Shown piece after piece: positions 39,162-53,427 of a stretch of DNA of 64,000 nt. The first letter of the stretch is position 1. Each line of letters opens with the position of its first letter. The notes below the pieces were generated by a model that saw only the letters and a program-made list of their open reading frames with translations, was not told the DNA's origin and made no database searches. A program made the position numbers and the translations under genes. The stretch comes from Chrysomallon squamiferum. Its lineage: Eukaryota; Animalia; Mollusca. Location: the NCBI GenBank assembly GCA_012295275.1, contig CM022671.1, positions 28,024,001-28,088,000 of the forward strand. Reading direction: 5' to 3'.

Positions 39162-42100
39162 GGAACCTGTCTAATAGATGAACTGAAACATAATCTGAAA
39201 TTTAAAAAACATTTCTGATTCAGAGATTCAAATGTCTTTTGAGTCCAAAGATTAAATTTAAGTTTGGAAATATGTGATATGAGGATTTATCTTTTTATCA
39301 AGAAGTAAAATGAATATACACTTAAATGCACTCTATTTTTAAAACTCAAAATTAACAATTACATATCATCAACAAAAAGTTCATCAAAAATCTAACATAT
39401 AAGCAATATACACATTAAAAAAAAATGACATCCCCAAAAATGAATCACTTACATTCATGGACTGAAATGCTTGGAAACAAACAAAAACATATTTACGTTG
39501 AATGACCTTGACGTTGAAATTGATGATCATAAAATCTTGATTCATGCACCATTATATAGAGGTAATACAGCCTGTGTAAAACTGTTTAAAATTAAAAACC
39601 AGTTTATACAACAATGATCCTCACTTGGTGATCTCACATGTTTGAACTACAAACACAAAAATGTCACAAACAGCTGAAGAAGTTCATAAAAATGTCATAA
39701 TTTAAAAACTGTGGCATTCTAAACATTCTCTATAAGCCTTGAAATTTATCATAATAATAATAATAATAATCTCATTTGAAAATGCTATAGAAAATGCTAT
39801 CGATAGTAAGGTTAAATACTGCATACAATTTAAAAAAAAAAAATTAATGACTTATAAATACATAACAAAGCCTTACACTAGATTAGAAAAATTAAAACAT
39901 TCTCTTTTTTTTTCTTTTTTTTGTGGGTACATTATATTTGATTAATTTACCTTCCCACTAAAACAGGAATCATTCTGTTATTCTTTCCATTTCCAGGGAG
40001 GGTAGAGATATTTCACAATAAGAACTGTCAAAACATTCCTTTGTATGCATTTTTTGCATGTGTTACATTTCTTTTGTGCATTTATTTCCTATAAGCTGAT
40101 CCATAGCTTATAGACTCATAAATGTTTGTGAGTAAATCTGTCTACAGAACCAGACTCACCAAACATCAACATTGGACTCTGAAATTTTTAAATTATGGTT
40201 GATTTTGTATATTTTTCTCCACTGACAAACATTTTACCAGTGGAAAAAAAACACAAAAAAACCCACTTACAATATTTAAGATGATGAATGATATGACTTA
40301 CATGCTAATATAATGTTTTAACAATAAAACCATTCTGGTAGATACAAGGAAAATAACTGTTAACTATGTATACAACTTTTTTAACATACAGAAAATGGAT
40401 GAGTACCCTATTATTATACTCACTAAAATTTGCTAATGGAAACATTTTACATGAAGTATATTCTAAATGCATAGTTATAATTAAAATAGAAGGAAACTGC
40501 AGGTTAAAAAGGCCTAATCTGACCATCTTTTTGGTTTTTACCCCAGTCAAGAGAAATAACTGAAGCAATAAATTATATTTATTCCCCCCTCCAACTAACA
40601 GTAGTTACAACATATTTTTTAAACACTGAGATGAAAATAATTAAAATTCATCATTTTGTTGAAAAATGAGCTTGAAGTTGTCATGTACTTTAACAAAGGC
40701 ATTAGACTGCAAAAGGAAAACATGTTTTGGTTCTGGCCCAGGACCCCACGTAAAAGAATCAAATACAAGAACAAATTTGTAGCAATTAGGAATAATGCAG
40801 ATTAATTAGGTGATTTAAACAGGAATGTGTTCAATTTGAATGTTGGTTTCATGCTTCATTAATTATAATCTCATTTAAAATAATAAAATACCCTAGATAG
40901 ACAAACTAATGTGATAGTTTGGGGTATTCAGTAAATGGGTATTAAATTTTTAAAATAGATAAATATCACTGGAAATGAAAGAAATTATAGGAAGAAAAAA
41001 CAGAAGGGTAAATTAAAAGAAGAAAAAATTATTATTGCTGTTGGTTAAATATTTCAATTTTAATTTTTTGTTGGTCTTGCTGCTGCTGAGAAGATAAATA
41101 ATAATCATCTAAAATATTTTCAGTGGAGAATTAAATGTTACTTCTTATTAAAAACCCACAAATCTCCTACAAATAAAACACAAAAAAAAAAAATGTAAAG
41201 TCTTCCAGTGAAATAAAAATTATTTAAATTTAGAGTAATTCTGAAAAAAAAAAAAAAGTAAAGAAACATTTTTCGTAGTCTTAAATAATTTATAAAAATG
41301 TTTCCCTATGGAACATATCACACACAACTGGACAAACACTTAAATAAAATTCTGACTATATTAACCAGAAAAAACGTCTGTAAGTTCAACGTATGCTTGC
41401 CACAAAGTCTAAAAAATCAAGCAAAAGAAGCCAGCAAACAAGTCTGGGTTTGAGAATTTGTTCTGGGACTGGTTCACACATCTCCCCACTCTGTTGTAGT
41501 ATCAGACCATGACCAACTGGTGATCAACCAGTGACACTGTTTTTTTCTTTTAACTCTATAAAAACTTTTTTTTTTTTTTTTTTTTTTTCACCACATTCTT
41601 CTGTCCTTCAATTATGCATGTGTAACAAACAAACTGATAGAAGTGCCCGTCAGGCTTTTTGTTTTTTCCAGTAACATGCAGCAGTGCAGTGATTGGCTCA
41701 TTGGTTTGGAGGTCTCATCATCCCAAAAACCCTCCCAAAAGAGAAGCGAGGATTACAGCCAGAATAATAAGACAAATTATAATCATTATCTTCTTCTGCA
41801 ATACAAAAAAAAAAAAAAGAGAAAAGAAATAAAAACAATGAAAATTAAATTAATGAAAATACAAAAAAAACCTTGTGCACATAAAACAAATAATCCTTAA
41901 CTAACCGAACTGTATTATTATCATAGTTTTTTTCTAATCAAATTTTAGAACAATCTTTCTTCTATTTTAAAATGTTATCTAATGTTAATGTAACAAATAA
42001 AAAAATATAATACAACCTGCAAAACTAAATTTTTTTTTAAAGAAAATTGAAAAAATCAAGAAAATAAAGGATGTAACAGTATCAGAATTGACCAATAAGG

Positions 42101-44213
42101 CAATGCAAGATAAACAATAACTATACTTAACACCATCAAACACAAATATAAGCTCCACCAAACGACAACCAGCTGTACAATACTGATAATTTGCACCAAT
42201 TCAACATCTAGACACCATCTGCAACACACAGACTTGCAAGGTCCAAAATAAATATTGCAACAACAAAGAGACAACATTTAACAGTCATAGCAGCACACAG
42301 AAAACAGTAAACTGACATAGTACTTCACACCAAAATAAAGCCCATCTTCTCGAACTGAATATAATTTACCCAGCTCATCGAAACTGCTGTAAATATAGAA
42401 AATATATACAAAACCAAAAAAAAAAAAAAAAAAAAGTACAAGAATCAGTGAATGCTGGTTTTAAAGAGTATTATTTGATTCCTAATTATAGAATTTATAA
42501 ATGGCATTATTACTCCTAAAGTAATTTTGTTTTTAGTGTCATTTGGATTGTGGACAGTTTCACACATGAAAACAAATTCAGCTTTCAGTTCTGAAAAGAA
42601 TTTTTGTAACATTTTCATGACAGCTATTTCTAATGTAGAAACACAGTATTTTAATCTTTTACACAACAATGAAATTTTTAAAAAATGAAGAGTTTGTATA
42701 ACTGCACATTATGATGTCCTAAGCCATTAATTACAGTAAATTTAAGATATTTCTTTTTATAATGATCTTATCTAATTAAACTGGATAATCTTATTATCAA
42801 ACTCTTAAACAAAGAAATAAATTCACCTGAAATAATAGTGCAATTACTTTTTGTTCAAAATTTTAAATGGAATTACATATTTCATATCAAATTAAGTACT
42901 CTTTTCGTAGGTTAATTCAATTTCCATTATTTTAATATAGTTTATATATAATATGATTTAAAAAGTTAATACATTACATTTCACAAATAATGTTTTAAAA
43001 ACACAACACCATGACATGTGAAAATTAGTTTAATAAGATTTATATACATGAAATATGTTAACAGTCACTGAATTGTTATCTGTTGTACATTAAGTACTGT
43101 AATATTGTCATTCAAATCTGTCTCAATATTTTTCAAAATAACAGTATATATATAAAAAAAAAATATCGAGGCAGATTTATTTGTCAAAAATAAAACTGCC
43201 AGTTCAATCATAAAGCACTGGATTTGTTTTTTGTTTTTCAGTTACATAGGAAAACTAAAGTGGTGTACTAACTCTACTTTTAAAAAACTCTTTTAAAACA
43301 ATAATTTGCTGCTCCCTGTATCAACAATAAAATTTATTATCATTGATAGTAAATTGGCACTTAATATGTTTGTTTTTTGTTTGTTGTTTTTTAACAGATA
43401 AAATACAAATAACAATATATCTCCATAATTATAAAGCAATGTAAACTCTTTTAATTTTATATTTCATGATTTCTGCTCCTTTTGTGACTTAAAAAACATT
43501 TGTAATATCACATAAATTACTCTTTTTAATTCAATACAAAAACAAAAATTTAACAATATTAAAAAATCTGTGACACATTTTAAATAACACAAAAAAAAAA
43601 AAGAAAAAAAAATATTAAAAATGTTTTAATAAAACAGAATGAACAAAAGATTATAACAACAGCAAGTAATAGAAAATCAAAAAAGAAACAGATACAAAAA
43701 GAATAAACCTATGTTTTAACAATTTTATGTTAAGATTATACAGATTATTTTTAATATTTGAACATGTCTTTAATTTTTTTTTTTTTTTTGAAAATATCTT
43801 TATTTTGTTTTTGTTTTTTTAATAGCCTTGTATTAGCATTTCTTTCACATGAAAATTCATAATTTATTTTTTACTTTTTTTTCACAAAATAAATACATTA
43901 CTATTTACCACACCAGTATTATTTTATTACACATTCTAGCTATCACACAGTAAATTTATTAATTGTGTGTTTATGTCGTCATACTTAGGTAGGAGGTTGC
44001 CATGATAAAACAAACTGATCTACTGTACTTAATTCCAAAATATTTATTTATTTATTTGTAAAAAAAACCCAAAATAAATTCAAACAAAAAAGAAAAAAGT
44101 AAAATTTTAAATAAATAAATAAAAACAGAAAAAAAGAACAAAACAACCCTTCCACCCAAAAAACAACACTTTAAATTAAAAAAAAAAAAAAAAATATTAG
44201 CTAAAAACATATA

Positions 44214-44246
<33 letters not shown>

Positions 44247-44745
44247 CACATTTCCAGTTTCTAATATGTTAAGACAGCAAACAATCTGTTTTATGGCTGG
44301 CCTCAAATATCAGACAAGAAACACACAATACATAATTTCTAATAAGTAGAAATTCTATCGTTAATTACCAAAATAAAAGGCATTTTACTTTAAAAAGCAG
44401 TTATATATGGATATATGTACAAATCCAATAGCCTTTTTTCCTGTTTTTTTTCCCCCTAAATTAAAAGAAAGCAAAATTTGGTGGAAATAAAAAACATAAT
44501 TACCACTGAAGTGGTTTTATTTTAACTGTATCACAGGAAGTATTTAGATCTGCTCTATGTTTGGAAGTTAAGTAATTTTCTATTGTACCAAGGTAATAAT
44601 TTCTTATATCAACAAGACATAATACAAATATTGTACATTTTCAACAATTCTTATATACAACAATTACATTGTTAATACATTATAATTTAATGTTCATAAT
44701 CATAAAATATATTTATTAAAGATCATTTTAAGGCACATTAATTTT

Positions 44746-44783
<38 letters not shown>

Positions 44784-47153
44784 AAAAAAAAAAAAAAAAA
44801 TAAATAAAATAAAATAAAAAAAAAAAAAAAAAAAAAAATGATGTTTAACAAAATATATTTATTAAGGATAATTTTAAGGCACATTATTTAACTTTATAAT
44901 TCACCCGCAACCCCCCAAAAATAATAAATAAATAAAAAATGATAATAAAACAAATTAAAGATAAACAAATAAAATAAAATAAAACAAAATAAAATAAGAA
45001 AATAACCTATAGTGCAGGATGTTTTAAAAAAAAAGAAAAAATAATGAAATACTCAGTGATAGTAATAAACATTCATGTTGTCATATTGGTCCGTATTTTT
45101 AAAAAAAATAATAAATGCTAAGATAAAAATGCAACAAAACTACGGCTTCGTAACTAAAAAACAAAAATGTTTATAATTCTGTTTCTTGTCACACAAACTA
45201 ATGTAAATTATTTATTTATTTATTATTTATTTCATTATTTACTTTACTTTACTTTCAATTATATTTTTATTATTATATTATTATTGTTTTTATTTTTTAA
45301 TTATTTTTTCCAAAATTGAGCTGAACGTATGTGATAGACATAAAAAAAAAAAAAAAAAAAAATCTTTAGGATTGATCTTAAAGACAGTTATTACAAGCAA
45401 TAACAGTTTATTATAATTATATACAATTAGAAATCAATATACATTTCCTATTATTATTAAATACAAACAGTACATAAAAGTAAACAAAACAAAACAAAAA
45501 TATCAGTAACATTAACTGCATAATTTCAGTATGTTGGGACATAATTATAATCTTATCTACAGAATATATAATGATTTAAAAATTAAAAGTGAAATAAAGT
45601 ACTAAGCTGATTATATGATTAATAATAATAATAATAATCTATAACTGGTCATTATGAGGTTCTAGTTAATAAATAAATTATGTATGATGACAACACTGAG
45701 CACAAAGTTAACATCATGCTGGATTACTGCTACGAAAAACACAAATCAAATAAAACTATAATTTGAAACAAATATGAAAATATTAGAGGAAGCAAAAAAA
45801 AAATATAAAAATAAAAATAAATAAATAAATAAAATAATAATAATAACACAAAAAATAAAATTAAAAAATAATGAAATAGAAGTAATAATTAAAAGCATGT
45901 TTATCAACAGTAATTGCAGTAGTTAAAAGCTTGTTAAAGATGAGGCAATGCAACTTAAGTTTTAACAAATTCTGAGGTATGAGTAACATTGAAATGATGT
46001 TCAAATTAACACTGATGATTATATTAAAAAAATAGTTTATTCAATAAATAAAAAAATAAATACAAATAAAAATACTGAAATAAAACCCCAATTAGTTAAT
46101 TCTCAAAAGAAGCTGTAGTAGTTTTTATTACTTTTGTGAGCAAATCACTAAAGTGAAAAATGAATGAAACAATGCATTAATATGCTTTTAAACACTAACA
46201 GTGCCAAATTAAATCAGAATTTTAAATTAGCCTGTCGCTCTATACTGTAGTTTGCAGAAAAGTAATGTGGAGGGAAAACAAAAAATACCCCCAAACCCAA
46301 CGTTTGTCTTTTAAAGCATGTGTATTCTTGATTTAAAAATCTTCCATTTTATTAGCTGCTTCTTTTAATTAATTTATTTTTTAAATGAATAAAATTATTA
46401 AAAGCTATTCACTCTAAACTAAAAAAAATAAAAATAAAAATAAAAAGGTTTTCTCCCTCCACATATGAAAAACCACACCTGCTCTTTTCATTCTCTCCGT
46501 TTATCAATTCTGACAACTAATTTTTTGAAGATGAAAACAGACATCTATTTACTCCAATTATAACCTACATTCTGAGTTTTCAGACAGCTGCTGCTACTGT
46601 AACTAAAACTGATAATTAAGAAACTGCTGTATGAAAAATGGTGCAGATGTTAATATGCTAGTATCAGATGCTATGAATAACCGTTTTGAATTTACGTTTT
46701 GGACAATTCAACATACATATTTACTCAATGCAACTTGTCATTTTTAACTATAGAAATTATTAGAAAAGTACTTTTTGAATTAATAATTAAAAAGATTTCA
46801 CTTAAATTGAAAGTATTATTTAAAATATATCCTCAGAAACGGAAAATGTTTAGTTTGCTATAATGCAAAGTAAACTATTATATTGCACAAACCCAGTTTT
46901 TTTTTTTGTTGTTGTTTAAGATAAATGGTCAATATTTATTTTTAAGATTAAACATTTACTACTTCAGCAATCATTGCAACCTGTTACAGTCAGTTAGTAA
47001 TGTTTGTCTTTAAACTGCCACCTAAACTCATTTACAAAGCATCCATTGATAATATCAAACGTAATTATTTGGCTGTATATTAATGAAGAATAATATATTT
47101 ACAGAAACTGTAATGAGATCACAGAGAATTCTTATGCTGTGTTAAACATATAG

Positions 47154-47187
<34 letters not shown>

Positions 47188-50100
47188 CCTATACATATAA
47201 TACCTTAAAATATACAGTTGAGTAATACTGACTAGTCATGATGGAAAATTGTTGTTCAGACAGGCAGAATAATCATGATTTGGAGGTATGGACAGACGTC
47301 TTTAATACATTCTGTTTTAGTTTATACCAGGGACCAGTCTTTACTAACAATAAAAAATGACAAAAAATAAAAAATCTTAAATCTGTGATATCTTTTCATA
47401 TGTGGAATGGGTAGAAAAGAATGAAAAAAAAAGAAAAAGAAGATAAAATAAAATAAAATAAAACAAAACAAAAATAATTAAATATATAAACATATAAATT
47501 TAAATAAATGAAAATTAAAACAGGCAGAATGGTAAATCTAGGCTGGTTTATACGTCATTTTGTTAGTGCAGTGTCCAAATATGACAGTAAGTTGTAAGTG
47601 TACATTATACAGTAGAGTTTCAGATTTGAAGCACATTAAGTATATTTTAAGTACTTTTTACTACTACTACTACTATTATTATCATTATTATTATTTTCAG
47701 TGTTTGGTTGTAGAAACCTAAATAAATGGGTTAACAAAAAAAAAAAAAAAAGTTTCCTTTTATTTCCTGAACATATATATTTTTAAAACAAATGATATAA
47801 TTAGGCTCATTGTCCTTAAATGAAATGAAAAAAAAAAAAAGTGGAAACAACATCAAAACAACCTTACATATTATATATATAAAAAATTATAAAATAAAAA
47901 ATCACAATCAAATGTTTTACAAATTTAAAAGTGATTTTTTCTTTGTTATTGCTGTGGCATGAATGGCTATCAACATGTTTTTAAATGTATGAAATTACAG
48001 ATTTATGTGCATTTCCCACAAGTATATAAATTTTAAAAAAATTAAAAAATCACCATTGAATCTTTTAGAAAATTAAAAGTGACCTTTGTACATAATTCCT
48101 ATTTCTTCTGATTCTGTAATAATAATAAAACAGGCTTTCATTACTTGGTATTTTAGATTCTGGCTGATAATCACTTGCATGGGAAAAAATAAATCAAATT
48201 TATTGCACAATTTACAGCCAGTCGCATCTGAACACAGTACTGAATTACAAGGGATATGGTAGTATCCTGATTTTGTAACATAATTGTGGCCATACTGTCA
48301 AACACAGTTTAAGTGTTTCATGAGGGAATTAAACATACAAACGTGATAACAAATTTAAAAAAAAAGAAAAAAAAAAGAAGGTAAAATATAAATTTCAGTA
48401 TTCCATTTGGTAACTTATTTTAATTCTGATTAAGTGTATTTTCAAATTTAGCTAAATTTTATAAACTAACAAACTTTTTTCATTTTGATTTTGTGTATTT
48501 CTTTATCTGTTTTTTTTTTTAATGTTGTTCTTTGGATTTTTAATTTATTAAAAAATAATTAGTGACTATAACATTAAGTACGTCACTGACATAAAATTAA
48601 TTATTATTTTAGCAGTTTTGATAATTAGAATTTATGAAACTTAAAAAAATAAATAATTAGAATTTAGATTTTTAAAAATGTATTTAACCTTTTTGCTTCT
48701 TGCTGAATTAGAAAATAAATTAACAACAAATAGGTTTTTTTTTTTTTTTTGTTTTTCAACTCACAATTAATGTTTTATATGTGTGAATTTTGAAATTGAA
48801 ACCAGTTTAAAACTCAACAATCAATGCAGGAAGTATTAAATTCTGACCTACAAAAATTATTGTAATTTATGAATAATGTTTTTATAATTTTGTTTCTTTG
48901 TTTAAATAAGGTTTTAGGAAACAATATCACATTATGAAAATGAAATATGTTGAATAATATATATTTACATGAATTGTTTACCATACTGATAAAATTTAAT
49001 TTTCATAATTATTTTATTTATAAACACTAATCATCTTATTAATTTATTAAAGCACATCACTGACATTCGCTTTTGCCATTTGTTTTATTATTAATATTAT
49101 TATTATTATTATTGTTATTATTATTATTATTATTTATCATTAATATTAATATTTTGGGGGGGGGGTGTTAAAATATTTTGGAATGGACCAAACCAAATGG
49201 AATGAACATAAACATTAATAGCAAATTACAACAATATAATTTTATTTTATAACATGATGACCAATTGTGTAGGAAATGATAATAAAATAATCATGTTATT
49301 ACGATTCAAAAATAAAAATACTGGAAACCTTTTCTCCCTTAGACCACTAGTATTTTATTAGACATATCTAACTGTGCACTTTACTTTAAAAAGCAGTACT
49401 CTGGTGCCAAAAAAAAAAAAAAAAAAAAAATAATAATAATAAATAAATAACTAAATAAATAAATAAATAAAAGTAACAAAAAACAACAACAAAAAACCAA
49501 AACATAATAATAATAATAAATAAATAATAATTAAAAAAAAAAAAAATTAAAAAAAATCAGTTCTGATGTTTAAGTGAATGTAACAGTACTGGAACACAAA
49601 AATAAAACAAGTACATCGACTCCATGTACAACAATAAATTAAAAAGGAACTAAAACTGTAACACAGGTCATGCAACGACTGCATGTGATGACAACAATGA
49701 CGACGACAACAACTGTGGAATGGTGGTGCCACTCAAGTCAGAGTGGTTGCAAGAATAATAGTAATCACTGCCAGCAGGATAAGAATACATATAAATATCA
49801 TAATCTTTTTCTGAAAAACAAAAAAACCAAACAAAATTAACTAAAAAAAATAACATGAAAGAGAATTTCACATACAAAAACAAAATGATATAAAAAGAAG
49901 ACAGAATATTTTTACAGACATTCTAATTAATGGCCAGTGCTGATCAAATATAAACGGGGTATATTTCTTAATTTATTTAGAAATAAAAAATTTGTCTGAT
50001 GATGATTTTATTTATTTATGTAAAATTTTACAAATATTAATATTATTATTTACTTATAGTAGAAGAAAATAAGTTTGTTTTGACCAGAAAATAAAATAAC

Positions 50101-53100
50101 CAGACAGCAGCACTGGCCATTAACTGAACTTCACTTCAACAACAAAACTAACTCTACTGGTACTAGACATGAACTAAACATTAAAACTATATCGAGAACA
50201 GGATATGCATACAACATGTATAATATAACATTTAGAAAAAAAAAAACAGCTTAAAAATCAGACTGAACTGAAAGAATTAAATGCAAGTCTTTGATCAGTT
50301 CACTATACAAAATGAGCTATTTACATAAATATATTTTCATGTCAGATTTTCTTCTTGCTAAACAATTGACACATGACATTTCTCAGTTAAATTTAAATAT
50401 AGTAGAAATGTGAATTTCATAAAATATTCTTAAAAATAATGTGCTTAATGAAAATGGTGCTCAGAAAACAGTCATAAAAAAATGTAATGTAATTAAATTT
50501 TCTAATGATTAAAAGGTGCACTTTGAAGAAAAAGGTGAATATTTAAAATTCTAATGAGCATCAGGGCTGCCTGCTAGATGAATTTCTTACACGAAAAGAA
50601 TTATACAAAACTGGTTAACTTAGATGATGTAGAAATGTTATTGTTTTTGTAATGATTTTTTATTGATTTCTTTTTAATTGGTTTTTATTTGACATGTAAT
50701 TCATAAAAAAAAAAATTCTGGACTTGATATTCTGCTTAATGATTCACATCATAAAAATACTATATATTTTTAAGGCTTTTAAAAGCATTTTAAAATATTG
50801 AAATAACCGTATTCCTTTACTGTGTTCATAGTCTGAGGAAGAAACTTTAAATAGTAAATTTTATAATAATGGAGAGTTCAAAGGGAGACAATTCATCTGC
50901 AAAGTCTTGCAAATGTACAATTAAAATGAGTTTTGCCAATTAAACTAGGAAGATGTTTAAACAAGTAAATAACCTGAAGATGTGGCTCAGAGAGAACTAA
51001 CTGGCAACCCTGAAGCTTAGTTAAATATAAGAAATCTTACCATCAACGTAAGCTGATGCAGAACGCTTAGTGTCCTCTAGATTGTAACGGTACAGAAAGA
51101 TATAAAAACACTTACCCGCCTAGCTTTACTTTGGTATTTTACTGCTTTCTTTGTGTCCATTTTAGCAGTTTCTATATAATCTACAGCTTGTTCCACATTG
51201 TACTCAATCCGGTCTATCATTTCACCCTGAAATCAAGTGTGTAAAACATGCAGTTCAACCAACAAATGTTATAAGATACGATAATTTAAAAATTCATTTT
51301 TTAGTGTCTTTTTGAATAAGGATTTGGACCACAGTTTTCTGGAGTGTCTTAAAAATCTGTGCACAAAGGGATAAAACAAAGATATCAGGACACTAAATAA
51401 GAAATCCTCAAGTTTTTAGAATTTATAATTCATTTGCTTGAAAAAAAAAAACCCAAAAATAAGTAAATATCCACAAAAATTTTATACACATGCACATAAA
51501 CATATACACAAAATAAATTCAGTACATTTTAAATTCAGTATTTATCATTTTTGTCTATAAAAAAGATATACTTGTTTTATCCTTTTTTTTTTTTTTTCTT
51601 TTTTGAGAAATTTTGTGATATTCACAGAAGTAATACAATACAGTTTTTATAGAAAATAAATTTTACATCTGGAGGTTCAAAATTTTGACTATTACCTGTT
51701 GTTCAACAAGCATAGCCATGTCCATGAACATATCATGTAATTCTCGTATACTAGTTTCCAATTTAATAATGTCATTGTGACGAGCTTCAATGTCTGCTAG
51801 TGTCTGCTTTGCTTGTTGTGTTTCCATGATAATCTGAAAGAAATTATTAAAAACATACAACAGATCATTTCATAATGCTGTACAAGAAAAATCTAAAAAA
51901 AACAAAAACATTACAGAACCTATTCGACAAATTTAGGAGTGAATTTTCTCATAAAATAATAATTTAATTCCTTTGTTTTCTTTTCATTGTTTCGGTATCA
52001 AAAACATTGAGATAATCTTAACTACAAGTTGTATGTCACTGAATATGTTTTTTTTTTTTTTTTTTTTTTTGTACTTAGTTAAAAAAAAACATTCTTGTAA
52101 CTTGTTTTATATAAATTCCCAAATGAGTTAAATGTATATATATATTTTTTTTTTAAATACTCTAATACCGTAAGCTACCCATACATTTGAAATATTTATA
52201 TCTTTCAATCTCTAATAATGGCTTTGTTGCAGATGAGATTAACATAAAATAGCAACTGTTAATATGCACAGTAATAAAAGTAACCATACTCATGTCACTG
52301 GTATTTGAATCATTATTAAAAAATAATAAGAAGAAAAAGAAGAAAAATAAAAAGGTTCACACGCTCATATTCACGCACGCACGCATGCACACCCACCCAC
52401 ACACACACAAACTTGTTAGTTCAACCTTGTGTAAACACATCAAGGTGTTCAGATTCTAACATATCTAATATTTAAATAAATAAATAAACAAATAAACAAA
52501 TAAAAAAATAAAATAATATAAATAAATGAACTGAAGTCATTAAATATTTTTTAAAACTCACTGAGTTAGCAACTGTCCAAATACAGCATGATTTCAAGAT
52601 CTTGTCCTCTAATAAACAATTACAACTAAAATGAACAGAATCTGTTAACAACTTACTCCTTGTGTAAATATAGCTGGGTTCCCAGATTCTAACATGTCTT
52701 CTAATTCTTCATTTGTTGTTGTTCTACCAGCTGAAAGGAGAAAATAAATATTTCCATCATTTTTTTATCTTTTTTTTTCTTCTGAAAACCAAAATTTATT
52801 TTTTCACAAATTAAAATAAAATACATCATAAAAAATAATAAATCTGCAGACCATTCCTTCACCATTAATTTAGTTAATTTGATTTGAAAAATGTATATTC
52901 ATATTAGAAGAAGTGGGAAAAAGGTTCAAATTAAAATGGAGTATATACATGTTATATTAGTATTTAAATTCTGAATTTGTTTTTTTAATTTAATGTTTAA
53001 TCTCAATAAATATTACTGACATCGATATTCAATGTCCTGTCATTGGTGATTTTAGTTCTAATTAATAGTAACCACTGGTCAAACAATATGATGATTTATA

Positions 53101-53382
53101 CAACATTCTACAAGAAAATTAATTATTTATTAGAAAGAAGTAATAAAATAAATTAAGATAATCATAATGACTCATATTATATATATTAATGTAGATAAAT
53201 TAGTTTTCCAAACAATTAACGAAAAAGATATACCAATATGTTTTAAAAATGTAATTTGATATATCACAATACCACAAAACTATCAGATAATGTATTTCAT
53301 TATCTCAAAAGATTTGATATATGTTAAGAACAATGCACATGCTCTGCCAAAAATACATTTAAAAGAAACACAGAAAACAGAA

Positions 53383-53427
<45 letters not shown>

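Noticed and set aside
44700-44890. Short dispersed direct repeats of about 40 nt (also about 56583/56735 and 58805/58850)
   Set aside because: Ordinary local duplications separated by microsatellite; not CRISPR-like, and the DNA is eukaryotic.
45715-45760. Acceptor-like TTTTTCGTAG|CAG TAA as a further TM-less terminal exon
   Set aside because: Such AG-plus-stop patterns are expected by chance in this T-rich strand; no supporting features.
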